Assembly (NCBI GenBank): GCA_963824995.1
Contig: CAWGRK010000003.1
Location: 1-64,000 of the forward strand
Source of the DNA: an uncultured Actinomycetes bacterium
GTDB taxonomy: Bacteria > Actinomycetota > Acidimicrobiia > Spongiisociales > DATADW01
Length of the DNA stretch: 64,000 bases
Direction of reading: 5' to 3'
Shown: piece by piece, positions 34,553 to 44,387 of the stretch
How the letters are laid out: the number at the start of each line of letters is the position of its first letter
Position numbering within the stretch: the stretch's first letter is position 1
The notes under the pieces: model-generated
Told to the model about the DNA's origin: nothing
What the model saw: only the letters and a program-made list of their open reading frames with translations
Database searches by the model: none
Program-made: the position numbers and the translations under genes

Positions 34553-35290
34553 TCAAGTGGACTTGAAGGCTCTCCCTATCGCCCGGAACGGTGTGCCCAT
34601 CGTGTAGAGCACCGAGCGGATGGCGGCGTTGTGCTTGATGTACCCGGCGTAGCGCCACTGGCGGCGCTTGTCGAGGATCGTCGCCGCAAGCTCCGGCTCG
34701 GCAGTCGAACCGAAGTGGGCCGCCAGCGAGCGGAGAGTGTGCAACCAGATCTTGTCCTCCATCCGACCCGCACCCATCATGAAAGCAAGCTCATAGAGAG
34801 GGTCGCTGGGCCGGATGAGCACCTGCACCTGGGCGATCGTCCCGCCTTCGGCCTCGAACGAGCTGAAGGTCACCCACCCGGCGAACAGATGTCCCTCCGG
34901 GGTCATGAAGGTGAAGGAGACGTCGTCGGCATAGAGCACCATCACTCCGGTGGAGAGCGTCATGGGGCCCTGGACGGTGTTGATCGTGCCCACTTCGCCC
35001 GGTTTGATTCCGGCGATCGGGGCGTAGAACCGGTTGTACGAGGGCCAGAAGTCCCCGTAGTTCTCCTTCCAGACCGAGATCACACCGCTCGGGGTGACCT
35101 CGCCCACGTTCACCTTGTAGGTCTTCTGCCAAAGGCGGCCGAATCCCTGCAGGGGACCGGTGAGGCGGCGCCCTGCGACGTTGAGCGAAAGCGCTCCGGG
35201 CGAGGCAGGTCCCACCACTAGGCGATCGACTGGCTGTGCCCAGTTCTCCGTGTCGCTCCCGTTGGGCGACTGATCATTGACGGTCATCAT
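34553..35290 (-). CDS. Hypothetical protein (possible SRPBCC/DUF1990-like fold), putative output of the signalling locus
   Basis: GGAGG RBS; GPLQGFGRLWQKTY and FTFMTPEGHLFAGWVTF; own direct-repeat promoter. Confidence 0.75.
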   Translation of the reverse strand: MMTVNDQSPNGSDTENWAQPVDRLVVGPASPGALSLNVAGRRLTGPLQGFGRLWQKTYKVNVGEVTPSGVISVWKENYGDFWPSYNRFYAPIAGIKPGEVGTINTVQGPMTLSTGVMVLYADDVSFTFMTPEGHLFAGWVTFSSFEAEGGTIAQVQVLIRPSDPLYELAFMMGAGRMEDKIWLHTLRSLAAHFGSTAEPELAATILDKRRQWRYAGYIKHNAAIRSVLYTMGTPFRAIGRAFKST

Positions 35291-35315
35291 TCCTCCAGTG
35301 GATCGACCTTCGATG

Positions 35316-35348
35316 GTTCTACCGCGAGGTCGTCCGGACATCGTTACG
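35316..35348 (-). promoter_or_regulatory. SARP-type direct-repeat promoter (box 3)
   Basis: Minus strand CGTAACG-atgt-CCGGACG-N9-TAGAAC. Confidence 0.65.
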
Positions 35349-35396
35349 GACGCGGCACCGCCGGTCGGGAGACCGGCGGCGACGTCGTCAGACTGC

Positions 35397-35759
35397 TCAA
35401 CCGGCGGCGGCTACTGCCGACGCCTCGTCGGGATGGACGCCGATCGCCTCGTCGAGGCGGGTCAGCGAAAGAATCTGGCGGTAGTGCTCGTTGAGGCCAT
35501 AAGCGAGCAGCTGCTGTCCGGCACGGTTCGCCCGGATGAGCACGGTCACGAGCAGACCGATGCCGCCACTGTTCATGTACTGCAGCCCCTCGAAATTGAG
35601 GATCACGGCACGCACCCCATTGCCGCTGGCCTCGGCGAAGGCGTCCATGAGGACACCCTCGGAAAACGCCGTGACCTCGCCATCGATATCGATGACGCGG
35701 ACCCCCGGAGCCGCCTCTCTCACTTCCATTGCAACCTCTGCCTGTGGCATGTTCCCCAC
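35397..35759 (-). CDS. STAS domain anti-sigma factor antagonist
   Basis: IDIDGEV, LNFEGLQYMNSGGIG, LTRLD. Confidence 0.92.
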   Translation of the reverse strand: MGNMPQAEVAMEVREAAPGVRVIDIDGEVTAFSEGVLMDAFAEASGNGVRAVILNFEGLQYMNSGGIGLLVTVLIRANRAGQQLLAYGLNEHYRQILSLTRLDEAIGVHPDEASAVAAAG

Positions 35760-35766
35760 TCCCTAC

Positions 35767-36123
35767 CTAGGACGCCGCGTTTGCCGCCAGCGCCGCTTCC
35801 TCGTTCGGATATATGTGCACGAAATCGGCCAGCCGGGTGATCTGGAAGATCTCCCGATAGTGGTCACTCAGTCCGAAGGCCGACATGTCGCGCTGCTCGG
35901 CACGGGCCCGGGCGAGCACCCCCACGATCGCCGCGATCCCTGTGCTGTTGATGTACCCGACCTGGGTGAAGTCGAGCACGACGGAACTTGGCTCAAGGAC
36001 CGCCGCTTCTTCGTAGGCGGCGGCGAGGCGCTCCCGCGCGTTCCCGTCGAGGTCCCCTTCGAGTCGGATCAGCGCCCGTCTCTCCTCGTCGTGCACGGTC
36101 GCCTCAAAGGCGCTCGCCTGCAT
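35767..36123 (-). CDS. STAS domain anti-sigma factor antagonist
   Basis: LEGDLD, LDFTQVGYINSTGI, FQITRL. Confidence 0.92.
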   Translation of the reverse strand: MQASAFEATVHDEERRALIRLEGDLDGNARERLAAAYEEAAVLEPSSVVLDFTQVGYINSTGIAAIVGVLARARAEQRDMSAFGLSDHYREIFQITRLADFVHIYPNEEAALAANAAS

Positions 36124-37711
36124 CGCTTTCTCCTTCCAGGCTCATCTCGAGTTCGAGAGTGTGATGGCGATCTGTGGTGTGGACCCGAAGGTCGTCCACC
36201 ATGCTGCGGATCAGGAACAGGCCCCAACCGCGCGGCGTCTGCAATCCCTCCAGCTTGGCGTCGAGGTCGGGGGTCTCCGGGTCGGGAACCTCCCGCCCGC
36301 CGCCCTGGTCGATGATGGTGACCTTCACCGCTCCGACGTTGGCGCACACCTCTATCTCTACCGGCTTGTCCGGCTCGTTGCCGTTGCCATGCTCGATGGC
36401 ATTCATGGTCGCCTCGGCTACCGCCGTCTTCAATCTCTCCATGCGACCCGGCTCCATACCGAGCGGACTGACCCACTCGGCGACCCGATCCATGGCGACC
36501 CTTTCATTCCCGGCGATGCTGGGGAGCGTGAACTCGCCGAGTGACTGCCAGTCGCCGCCGTCGATGAAGGCGCGGGCGCTCTGCTCGGCCGACGAGCAGC
36601 GGCTGACCAGGACGAGCGTCACGTCGTCCTCCTGCTCCCAATCGGGCCCGGTCCAGGTGTCGAGCTCGGAGAGCACGACTCCGATGAGGCTCTCGCCCTC
36701 GGGACGCGATCCGATGGTGTCGATGACACGCGACACTCCGAGCATCTCGCGTTCCGGCGAGTGGGCTTCGGTGAGACCATCGCTGGAGAGCAACATCACG
36801 TCTCCCGTTTGCAGGGTCGCCTTTTTCTCCTCATAGGTCATCCCGGGCATCAGGCCGAGGGGCATCCCGGTCGCCCTGAGCTCGATCACACCGGTGTCAC
36901 TCCGCACATATGGAAGGACGTGGCCAGCATTCGCAAAGTCCAATTCGCCGGTGGCGGGGTCGAGAATGGCGAAGAGACAGGTCACGAACATCCCCTCGGG
37001 GATGTCGGCCACGAGGATCTCGTTGGCGCGGGCCAGGATCTCGCCTGGAGTCGCACCGGACGTGGCGTTGGCGCGGAGCACCGAACGACAGGTTGCCATC
37101 ACCAGCGCCGCCGGTACGCCCTTGTCGGTGACGTCGCCCACCACGACGCCGAAGCGGCCACCGTCGAGGGGGATGAAATCGTAGAAGTCGCCCCCGACCT
37201 CGCGGGCCGGCCGGTAATAAGCCTCGATCTCCCAACCGGGCAACGAGGGGAGCTGACGGGGCAGCAGTGTCTGCTGGATCAGCGAGGCGACCCGCAACTC
37301 GTGCTCGATCCGCTCCCTTTCCTTGGCCTCGGCCTGTTGGCGGCGGACGAGTTGGGCAACGCGGATCGCAGGCGCCACCTGGGAGGCGAGTCCTTCGAGA
37401 AGCTTGCGGTCGTCGGACGAATACGGCTGATCGGAGAGTCGGCGGCCAAGGTTGAGCATCCCGATGAGCTCACCCTGGCTGATGAGCGGGACCACCAATT
37501 CGACTCCGGCTTCGCGCAACTCTGCCACCGCCGGGGAGTCGAGGCTGAGCCGCTCCAACTCGACAGGCGCGCCCGCGGTCTGCAGATAGGGCAGCAGCGG
37601 ATCGTTGGGAGCGATATCGACATGGATCGACGCCGCCGGCGCCGTCTCCATTTCCTGCGGCTCGGACTCGGCTGCGGAACGACCCTTGCGGATGCGTGAC
37701 AGGACCACCAT
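36104..37711 (-). CDS. Soluble partial-GAF + SpoIIE/PP2C phosphatase + HATPase_c (RsbW-like) fusion
   Basis: VVPLISQGELIGMLNLG..YSSDDRKLLEGLASQVAPAI (GAF C-terminal part); VGGDFYD, GDVTDKG, SDGLTE, EDDVT (PP2C); EATMNAIEHG, DQGGG, RGWGLFLI (HATPase). Confidence 0.93.
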   Translation of the reverse strand: MVVLSRIRKGRSAAESEPQEMETAPAASIHVDIAPNDPLLPYLQTAGAPVELERLSLDSPAVAELREAGVELVVPLISQGELIGMLNLGRRLSDQPYSSDDRKLLEGLASQVAPAIRVAQLVRRQQAEAKERERIEHELRVASLIQQTLLPRQLPSLPGWEIEAYYRPAREVGGDFYDFIPLDGGRFGVVVGDVTDKGVPAALVMATCRSVLRANATSGATPGEILARANEILVADIPEGMFVTCLFAILDPATGELDFANAGHVLPYVRSDTGVIELRATGMPLGLMPGMTYEEKKATLQTGDVMLLSSDGLTEAHSPEREMLGVSRVIDTIGSRPEGESLIGVVLSELDTWTGPDWEQEDDVTLVLVSRCSSAEQSARAFIDGGDWQSLGEFTLPSIAGNERVAMDRVAEWVSPLGMEPGRMERLKTAVAEATMNAIEHGNGNEPDKPVEIEVCANVGAVKVTIIDQGGGREVPDPETPDLDAKLEGLQTPRGWGLFLIRSMVDDLRVHTTDRHHTLELEMSLEGESDAGERL

Positions 37712-37720
37712 GTTGCCTTT

Positions 37721-37753
37721 CTTCTACCCCGCCCTCGTGACGGCATCGTTACG
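37721..37753 (-). promoter_or_regulatory. SARP-type direct-repeat promoter (box 2)
   Basis: Minus strand CGTAACG-atgc-CGTCACG-N9-TAGAAG. Confidence 0.7.
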
Positions 37754-37867
37754 AATGACCCGTTCCATGCCTCTGAGGACGCGAAACATCAAACCTGAAA
37801 GCCGCTTGGCCCTGTATCGGCAGATAGAGCCGCCGCCTAAACGGTCGAAACGGGTGCGGAATGGTGA

Positions 37868-39037
37868 TCACCCGCCCTCCCCGCGTAGCCAGAGCCGGAC
37901 GGTCGCCGGGCGGAGCGTCCGTCCGACGACCCTCGAGAGATCGTCGGTGAGCCCGTCGAGATCCACCTCACTTCGCAACCGCGAGGCGAACTCGTCGACG
38001 ACGCGACCTGCGTCGTACCGGGACCGATCAAAGCGACGGTCGATGAAGCCTTGGACCCTGCGGCGAACCGGGGTGAACAAGGCTGCCGCCGCCAGCGTGG
38101 CACCTGCCACCGCCAACGGATTGTCTTGACCGACGACCGCACCCAGGGCCACGGCGAACCCGGCATAGACCGCCACCAAGACCGCTGCCACGATCGCATA
38201 TGAGACGGTGCGGCTGATGAGCCGATCGATGTCATAGAGGCGGTAACGGAGGATCGCGATGGCGACCGCTATCGGGAAGCCCAGACCGGCAACCACCCAA
38301 GGCACCAGCCCCACCAGGTCGCCCTCGAAACCCAACAATTCGGAGACGAGCATGAAGACCAAACCGAGGAGCGCCGCCACCAGGGCCAGCGCGACCCACT
38401 TCAGTTGACCGCGCTCCACGCCCGACGCCTTTCTGTACCGCCCGATGAGCGACAGAGCACCGAGCACGATCACCAGGACGAGGATCACCACGGCGACGGG
38501 GACGACCGACTCCAGCCACTCCGCTCCGTCGATGCCCATTGGGTTGTCGCCCACACCCGAAGGGGTCACGATGGTGGGTTTGAACAACGATGCCAGGGCG
38601 AAGACAACCAGAGCGGCGTAGCCAACCGCCACCACCGGTCGCCACCTCGACCCGGGCAAATGACCATCTGGGAAATAGAACGTCGCCGGGAAGGCGATGA
38701 GGCCGAAAGCGGGAGGCACCAGGATCGCACCGACGAGGGCCACCCATCCTGCCCAAGATGCGGTCTGCACCGGGAACCAGACAGATTCGGCGATGCTCTG
38801 CAGGTTGACGGCCAGTCCGAGCGCGGTGACTCCCGCCAGCCAGCACCAACCCAAGGGGTGTTCGGGCCGGCGAGCTGCCAGCAGCAACCCGACGATTGGG
38901 AACCCCATGAATGCGGACGCCCAAATCACGTCATCGATCACGACCTCGGCCCCGGAGTTGAACAGGAAGCCGAGGAGCCACGATGCGATCGCGACGACGA
39001 ACAGCAACCCCGCTGCCCACGGCGCCCACCTTTTCAT
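37868..39037 (-). CDS. Array membrane receptor paralog 13 (last), intact
   Basis: MKRWAPW...YRLYDIDRLISRT...DRRFDRSRYD...RLRSEVDLDGL...TLRPATVRLWLRGEGG*. Confidence 0.88.
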   Translation of the reverse strand: MKRWAPWAAGLLFVVAIASWLLGFLFNSGAEVVIDDVIWASAFMGFPIVGLLLAARRPEHPLGWCWLAGVTALGLAVNLQSIAESVWFPVQTASWAGWVALVGAILVPPAFGLIAFPATFYFPDGHLPGSRWRPVVAVGYAALVVFALASLFKPTIVTPSGVGDNPMGIDGAEWLESVVPVAVVILVLVIVLGALSLIGRYRKASGVERGQLKWVALALVAALLGLVFMLVSELLGFEGDLVGLVPWVVAGLGFPIAVAIAILRYRLYDIDRLISRTVSYAIVAAVLVAVYAGFAVALGAVVGQDNPLAVAGATLAAAALFTPVRRRVQGFIDRRFDRSRYDAGRVVDEFASRLRSEVDLDGLTDDLSRVVGRTLRPATVRLWLRGEGG

Positions 39038-39051
39038 GGGCTCTACATCCG

Positions 39052-39495
39052 TCACGGTGCGGTTCCATTGAGCCAGAGAGAAACCGACGCAGGCCGCAAC
39101 GTCTTGTTGACGACGGCAGTGAGGTCGGTCGGGAATATCAGCAGCAACACGAGCAACGCGCAGATGCTGACCACCCATCCCCAAGAGCCATACCAGGCGA
39201 TCAAGTGCTCCAACGGCCATGCGGTGGCAGACGCCAGCGATGAGAGGACATAGACCTGCCCCATCGACGTCAGGGTCTGCGCCACACCGGCCACGATGCA
39301 GAGCACACCGATACGGTTCCCTGGGCGGTGGGCGAGGATGATCGCCCCCACCACGGCGAACGCCGGCCAGGGAATAGCATCGGCGAGCGGCCGGAGATTG
39401 GTGAGCGTGGCCGACCGGTCGACCATGAATGCGACGATGGCGACCCAAGCCACGGCGAAGCCGGCGGCCACTCCCAACCACATTCGCCGCCTCAT
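39052..39495 (-). pseudogene. Array paralog 12: in-frame internal deletion relic
   Basis: N-terminal helices to LLIFPT joined directly to the family C-terminus DLTAVVNKTLRPASVSLWL. Confidence 0.8.
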
Positions 39496-40646
39496 CGGTT
39501 CTCCTCGCGCAGCCACAGGGCGACGCTTGCGGGCCGCAGCGTCTGTCCGACGACGGCGGTGAGGTCGGTGGCGAGACCGTCGAGATCAACCTCGTCCCGG
39601 AGCCGTGCACCAAAGCCGTCCACGATCACGCCGGCGTCATATCGCGAGCGGTCGAAGCGGCGGTCGACAAAGCCCTGCACCCGTCGCCGAACTGGCTGGA
39701 ACAACGCCGCTGCGGCCAACGTCGAGGCAGCCACAGCAAGCGGGTCGTTCGAGCCGAGAATGGCCTGCAATCCGAGGATCGAGCCGATGTAGACACCGGC
39801 CACCACGACCGACACCAGACCGTATGTCAGCGTGCGTCGGATCACCTTGTCGAAGTCGTAGAGGCGGTAGCGCAGCACGGCAACGGCGATCGAAGAGACC
39901 AAAACCAACACCACCAGCGCGAAAACCAGGTTGGCGTCCTGGGTGTAACCCAGTTCGTAGAGAACCATGTTGAGGACTATCGCCGTCACCGCAACGGCGA
40001 GGGCTGCGGCAAAGACCCTGATCTGTTGGCGCTCAATCCCCACAGACCGGCGGTACCGCTGGACCGCCCCAAACAGTGCCGCGCCCACCGCCACCAGCAC
40101 CAGCGCCATGCCTACCACTGCGGCCGGCTCGAAGAAGGGTGACAGTCTGGGAAAGCTGATCGGAAGGGCAATGGTGGTCGGGTCGGATGCCGTGCCCACT
40201 GTTACCGACTCCACGAAGGCGTTTCCGAAGATGAATAGCCCAAGCCCGGTCAGCGTCGCCGGCGCCACCCACCGATAGCGGGCGGAGGGCAGTCTGCCAT
40301 CGGGGAAGAAGAGCGGAAGGAATACGAGAAGCAGCACCAGTGAGGCCGCCCACAGCCAAATCCCGAGCCATGCGCTCCATCCCGCCAAGGGCCCTCCGGC
40401 CGCAGAAACGCCCTCTCCCATCACGCCGAGTGCGAAGGTGAGGCCGAAACCGGCGAGGATCAAGCCCACCGGATTCTCGGGGAGCCGCCAGACCAGATAG
40501 GCGCCGACGACGCTGGGAGAGGCGATCGCCAGCAGCCCCATTGCGTCGACCAGCCAACCGTCGCTCTGCTGGTTCTGAGTCTGCCCATACACGATGACGG
40601 CGACGCTTACCAGGGCGATGCCGATGCCCAACCAGCGCCGGATCAT
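39492..40646 (-). CDS. Array membrane receptor paralog 11, intact
   Basis: MIRRWLGIG...FFPDGRLP...YRLYDFD...TLRPASVALWLREENR*. Confidence 0.88.
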   Translation of the reverse strand: MIRRWLGIGIALVSVAVIVYGQTQNQQSDGWLVDAMGLLAIASPSVVGAYLVWRLPENPVGLILAGFGLTFALGVMGEGVSAAGGPLAGWSAWLGIWLWAASLVLLLVFLPLFFPDGRLPSARYRWVAPATLTGLGLFIFGNAFVESVTVGTASDPTTIALPISFPRLSPFFEPAAVVGMALVLVAVGAALFGAVQRYRRSVGIERQQIRVFAAALAVAVTAIVLNMVLYELGYTQDANLVFALVVLVLVSSIAVAVLRYRLYDFDKVIRRTLTYGLVSVVVAGVYIGSILGLQAILGSNDPLAVAASTLAAAALFQPVRRRVQGFVDRRFDRSRYDAGVIVDGFGARLRDEVDLDGLATDLTAVVGQTLRPASVALWLREENR

Positions 40647-40750
40647 GATGGTTCCTTCCGCAGCCATACCAGTGATAGCCCCGGCAGGAGGCCGAGTCCC
40701 GGGCGCCGGCCCACCCCCGCGGCGGCAGAAGTCGTTGGGGTAGAGCCCAT
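40643..40750 (-). pseudogene. Array unit 10: 35-aa mini-ORF relic
   Basis: MGSTPTTS...LSLVWLRKEPS*; TGATG overlap upstream and ATGA overlap downstream; C-terminus resembles the family SLWLRxE tail. Confidence 0.55.
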
Positions 40751-41879
40751 CAGCCCCTCTCCTTGACCCACAGCGAGACCGTCTCGGGGTGGAGCGTCCG
40801 CCGCACGACGCTGGTCACGTCGCCAACTAGGCCGTCGAGATCTATGCCTTGACGCAGCCGCGAGGAGAACGTCGTCCACTTCCTGGGCTGCGTCGTATCT
40901 CGCCCGATCGAAGCGTCGGTCGATGAAGGCCTGCACCCGGCGCCGCACCGGCGTGAAGAGCGCCGCCGAAGCAAGCGTTGCTCCCGCAACGGCCAGGGGG
41001 TTGCCCCGCCCCACCAGGGATCCGAGGGCCAGGATTGAACCCGCATACACCGCCACAAGGACCGCCGCCACTACCGCGTAGGAAACGGTGCGGCTGATCA
41101 GCTTGTCGATGTCGTAGAGCCGGTAGCGGAGGATGGCGACGCCGATGGCCGCTGGTATGGCGTTGAGGGCGATGAAGACGAGTGACACATCGAGGATGAC
41201 GCTCTCCGGGACCAACTGAGTGATCACCAGCATCACGATCACGAACGCGATCGCCGTCATCAACCATGGGTACTGGAGCCGCTCCACCCCGCTGCTGGCG
41301 CGCCACCTCCGTACCAGGCTGCCCAAGGCGACGAGGAGGAGCAACGGGATCACGAAGAACCCCTGGTCGAGCATGAAGGCGGTGAAACCGGAGAGACGTG
41401 TCGACTGCCAGCGGGCTCACCAGGCCGGTGATCTCCTTGGGGGCCGGGCTGACGAGCTCGGCAAAGACCACTGCACCCAAGACGACAAGTAGCGCCCTGC
41501 TCAGGAATCGATCCAAACCGGTGGCTGGTGCGCCATGCGGGAACCACACCGGAATGAGGGCTAGACCAACGAACGCCGAGTAACCGAGAGACGAGCTCAG
41601 CATTTCGACCCAAACGCTGACGATTCCGATCATCTCTCCGGCTAACAGCCCCTCGAGGAAGAAGGTCAGGCTCCATGCCAAGCCAATGAACAAAAGGAGC
41701 CGCCCCATCCGGTTCCCCGGTCTCTTCCACAGGATGAACGCACCGACGGTCGGAAATCCCACCCAGCTGAGCATCCACCAGCTGTCGGACAGGGTTATCG
41801 CCCCGATGATCAGGCCGGCGAGCGCCAGCAGGAACAGCAGCGTGAGCCCCAGCCGCGAGGCAACGGTTGCCTGCTTCAC
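40750..41879 (-). CDS. Array membrane receptor paralog 9, frameshifted
   Basis: VKQATVASRLG...KRPGNRMG...YRLYDIDKLISRT...TLHPETVSLWVKERG*. Confidence 0.82.
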
Positions 41880-43070
41880 GCGTCCTCCCGGAGCCAGACC
41901 GACATGGTCGTCGGGTTGCAGTGTCTGGCCCACGACACCCGAGAGATCGGAAGTGAGCCCCGGGAGGTCCACCTCCGCCCGGAGCCTCGAGGCAAAGCCG
42001 TCGACCACCCTCGCTGCGTCGTACCGCGATCTGTTGAAGCGCCGATCGATGAAGGACTGAACCCGGCGGCGCAACGGGTTGAACAATGCCGCCGCAGCCA
42101 GAGTGGCCCCTGCCACCGCCAGCGGATTGCCGCGGCCCACCAGCGATCCGAGAGCCAGGATGGAACCGGCGTACACCGCTACCAGGACGACGGCAATGAC
42201 CGCGTAGGAGACGGTGCGACTGATGAGCCGATCAATCTCATAGAGGCGATAGCGGAAGATGGCCACGCCGATGGCGAGCGGCAAGAGGCTGATGGCTACG
42301 GCGAAGGGGACGTCGGTTTCAACCGAGAGGTCCGCCAGCGACTGGAGGAGGTCCTCGGTCGACCGGTATCAGCGCGGTGACGAGGGCAGCGAATGTGAAC
42401 CACTTGAGCTGTAGCCGCTCGTCGCCCCGGGAGCGTCGGTATCGCACCACCACCGAGGACGCCGCAGCGAGGATCGAGCGCGGCAAGCAGAATGAAGAGC
42501 GCGCTGCCGATGGTGCTGTCCTCGACATCGGGCATGCCGGCAAAGCCGACTGGGTTGGGCAGCGAGAAGTCGGGCTCTCCGAGGTTCTCGGAGAGCGCCG
42601 CCATCACCGTTATCACCCCGGTGACAGCAATCCCGAGCCACAGAACCGGTCGCCACCGACGGCTCACCGGTGTGCCGTCCGGAAAGAGGAGCGGCGTAAA
42701 GAAGAGCACCAAGGCGAGCGTCGGGTACCAGTACCACTCGGCGAGCCAGGCCGCCGGTATCAATGCGGGCGCATCCACCATCCTCGCTTCGACCACATAT
42801 GCGACGTACTCACCAGCCAGGGCGCCGATCATCACCAGCAGGCCAATGGAAGAAAGTATCCAGCCCATCGCATTGCCAGGACGACGGAGGATGATCAGCA
42901 AGCCGGTGGCCATGTAGGCGGAGAAGGCCAGGAGGAGGCCGACATTGCCCGCAGGGTCGTCGGCGAACCGACCACTCCGTGCGTTGAACAGCTGGATCAG
43001 GAAGGCGCAGGTGACGTAGACCACCACCATGGCTACGACGACAAGCCATGAGTCGGGATCGGAGCTTCAC
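41876..43070 (-). CDS. Array membrane receptor paralog 8, frameshifted
   Basis: RRPGNAMGW, LLFPDG..RRWRP, ERLQLKW, YRLYEIDRLISRT; ends PTTMSVWLREDA* after a 1-nt correction. Confidence 0.82.
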
Positions 43071-43148
43071 GGCGCTTCCCGCAACCGTGTGAACCGACGA
43101 CTCACGGGTATACCACCACGGCGACTGCGAGCGGGTAGACGAACCGTC

Positions 43149-44387
43149 TCACGACTCCGCCTCCCGCACCCAGAGAGACATCGTGGCGGGGCGGAGTGTT
43201 TCCTCGATCACCCCGGTCAGGTCGCTGCGCAAGCCGTCCAGATCGGTCTCAGCTCGCAGTCGATAGGAGAACTGCTCCACAACCTGTTGGGCGTCATAGC
43301 GTGCACGATCGAATCGGCGGTCCACCCAACTCTGGACACGGCGTCGAACCGGGTTGAACAGCGCTGCGGCTGCCAGGGTGGCGCCCGCCACAGCCAACGG
43401 GTTGTCGCGACCGATGATGGTGCCCAAGGTGGTGACGCTCCCCAGGTAGACGAGCGCCAGTAGCACAGCCACGGCCGTATAAGTGAACGTACGGCGGACG
43501 AGTCGATCTATCTCATAGAGGCGATATCGGATCACAGCAACGGCGATGGCCACCGGGATAGCGGCGATCGAGATGACAAAGAGGAGGTCCAGCCACGCCG
43601 GCGTTTCCTCACCACCGGAGAAAGCGAACATGGAGGAGTAGACGGTGGCGAACATCCCGACGGCGTAGGCGAGCCACTTGATCTGCTGGCGTTCCTCCGC
43701 CCGGGCGCGGCGATAGCGGACGATGACCGCCGACGCGCTCCCCAGAGCCAGGATTACCAACCCCACCCCCCACACAGGCGAGAAGCCCCCCTCCCAGAAT
43801 TCACTGGTGATGAACCCGATCGGATTGGGCACCGACCAGATGGTTGTTTCCCCAACTACCAGCTCGAGCTCTGCGGAGAAGACGGTGAGGAGCGTGAAGA
43901 CCAGGAGCATCCCCGCCTCCAACGCCACCAGCCATCGCCAGCGTGGGGTGGGAACCGTGCCGGTTGGGAACACCAGGGGCAGATGGAAGATCGGAAAGAT
44001 GAACAGAACCCAGGACCAGCCCTGAAACCAGATCAGTAGCCAGACGCCGAGGTCAACGGTCGGCGGAGCCGTCAAGGACGAAAGTGGGATGGCGGTCAGA
44101 CCCGACAACGAGGCTCCCAGGGCCCAGACCAGTAGCAGCCAACCGATCGGGTTGCGGGGACGGGAGGCGAGGATGAGCATCGCCGCCGCTGCAGTGATTA
44201 ATGGAATGAGCACCAAGACCGGATCCCCATCCAATCGGTCCAACTCACCCTGGCGGATCGTGATGAGGATGTAGGACACCGAGATGGCGAGAACGATCAC
44301 AGCGATGCCCCAGGCCAGCGGTCGCCGCCAGCCGAAGCCCACGACCTCATGTTCCGCGGACGGTGCCCCTCGGTCCGGGTCGGCCAT
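43149..44387 (-). CDS. Array membrane receptor paralog 7, intact (412 aa)
   Basis: RPRNPIGW, FPTG..PRWRW, ERQQIKW, YRLYEIDRL, TLRPATMSLWVREAES*. Confidence 0.9.
   Translation of the reverse strand: MADPDRGAPSAEHEVVGFGWRRPLAWGIAVIVLAISVSYILITIRQGELDRLDGDPVLVLIPLITAAAAMLILASRPRNPIGWLLLVWALGASLSGLTAIPLSSLTAPPTVDLGVWLLIWFQGWSWVLFIFPIFHLPLVFPTGTVPTPRWRWLVALEAGMLLVFTLLTVFSAELELVVGETTIWSVPNPIGFITSEFWEGGFSPVWGVGLVILALGSASAVIVRYRRARAEERQQIKWLAYAVGMFATVYSSMFAFSGGEETPAWLDLLFVISIAAIPVAIAVAVIRYRLYEIDRLVRRTFTYTAVAVLLALVYLGSVTTLGTIIGRDNPLAVAGATLAAAALFNPVRRRVQSWVDRRFDRARYDAQQVVEQFSYRLRAETDLDGLRSDLTGVIEETLRPATMSLWVREAES

Noticed and set aside
35316..37753. CGTAAC...GGTAG as a SigF or ECF -35/-10 promoter
   Set aside because: The spacer would be about 18-19 nt, the array box lacks GGTAG at that position, and the 11-bp direct repeat fits SARP binding better. 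Not fully excluded.
40842..42284. 480-aa ORF joining paralog 8 to paralog 9
   Set aside because: One extra C near 41915 hides the normal PTTMSVWLREDA* ending and its GTGA overlap.
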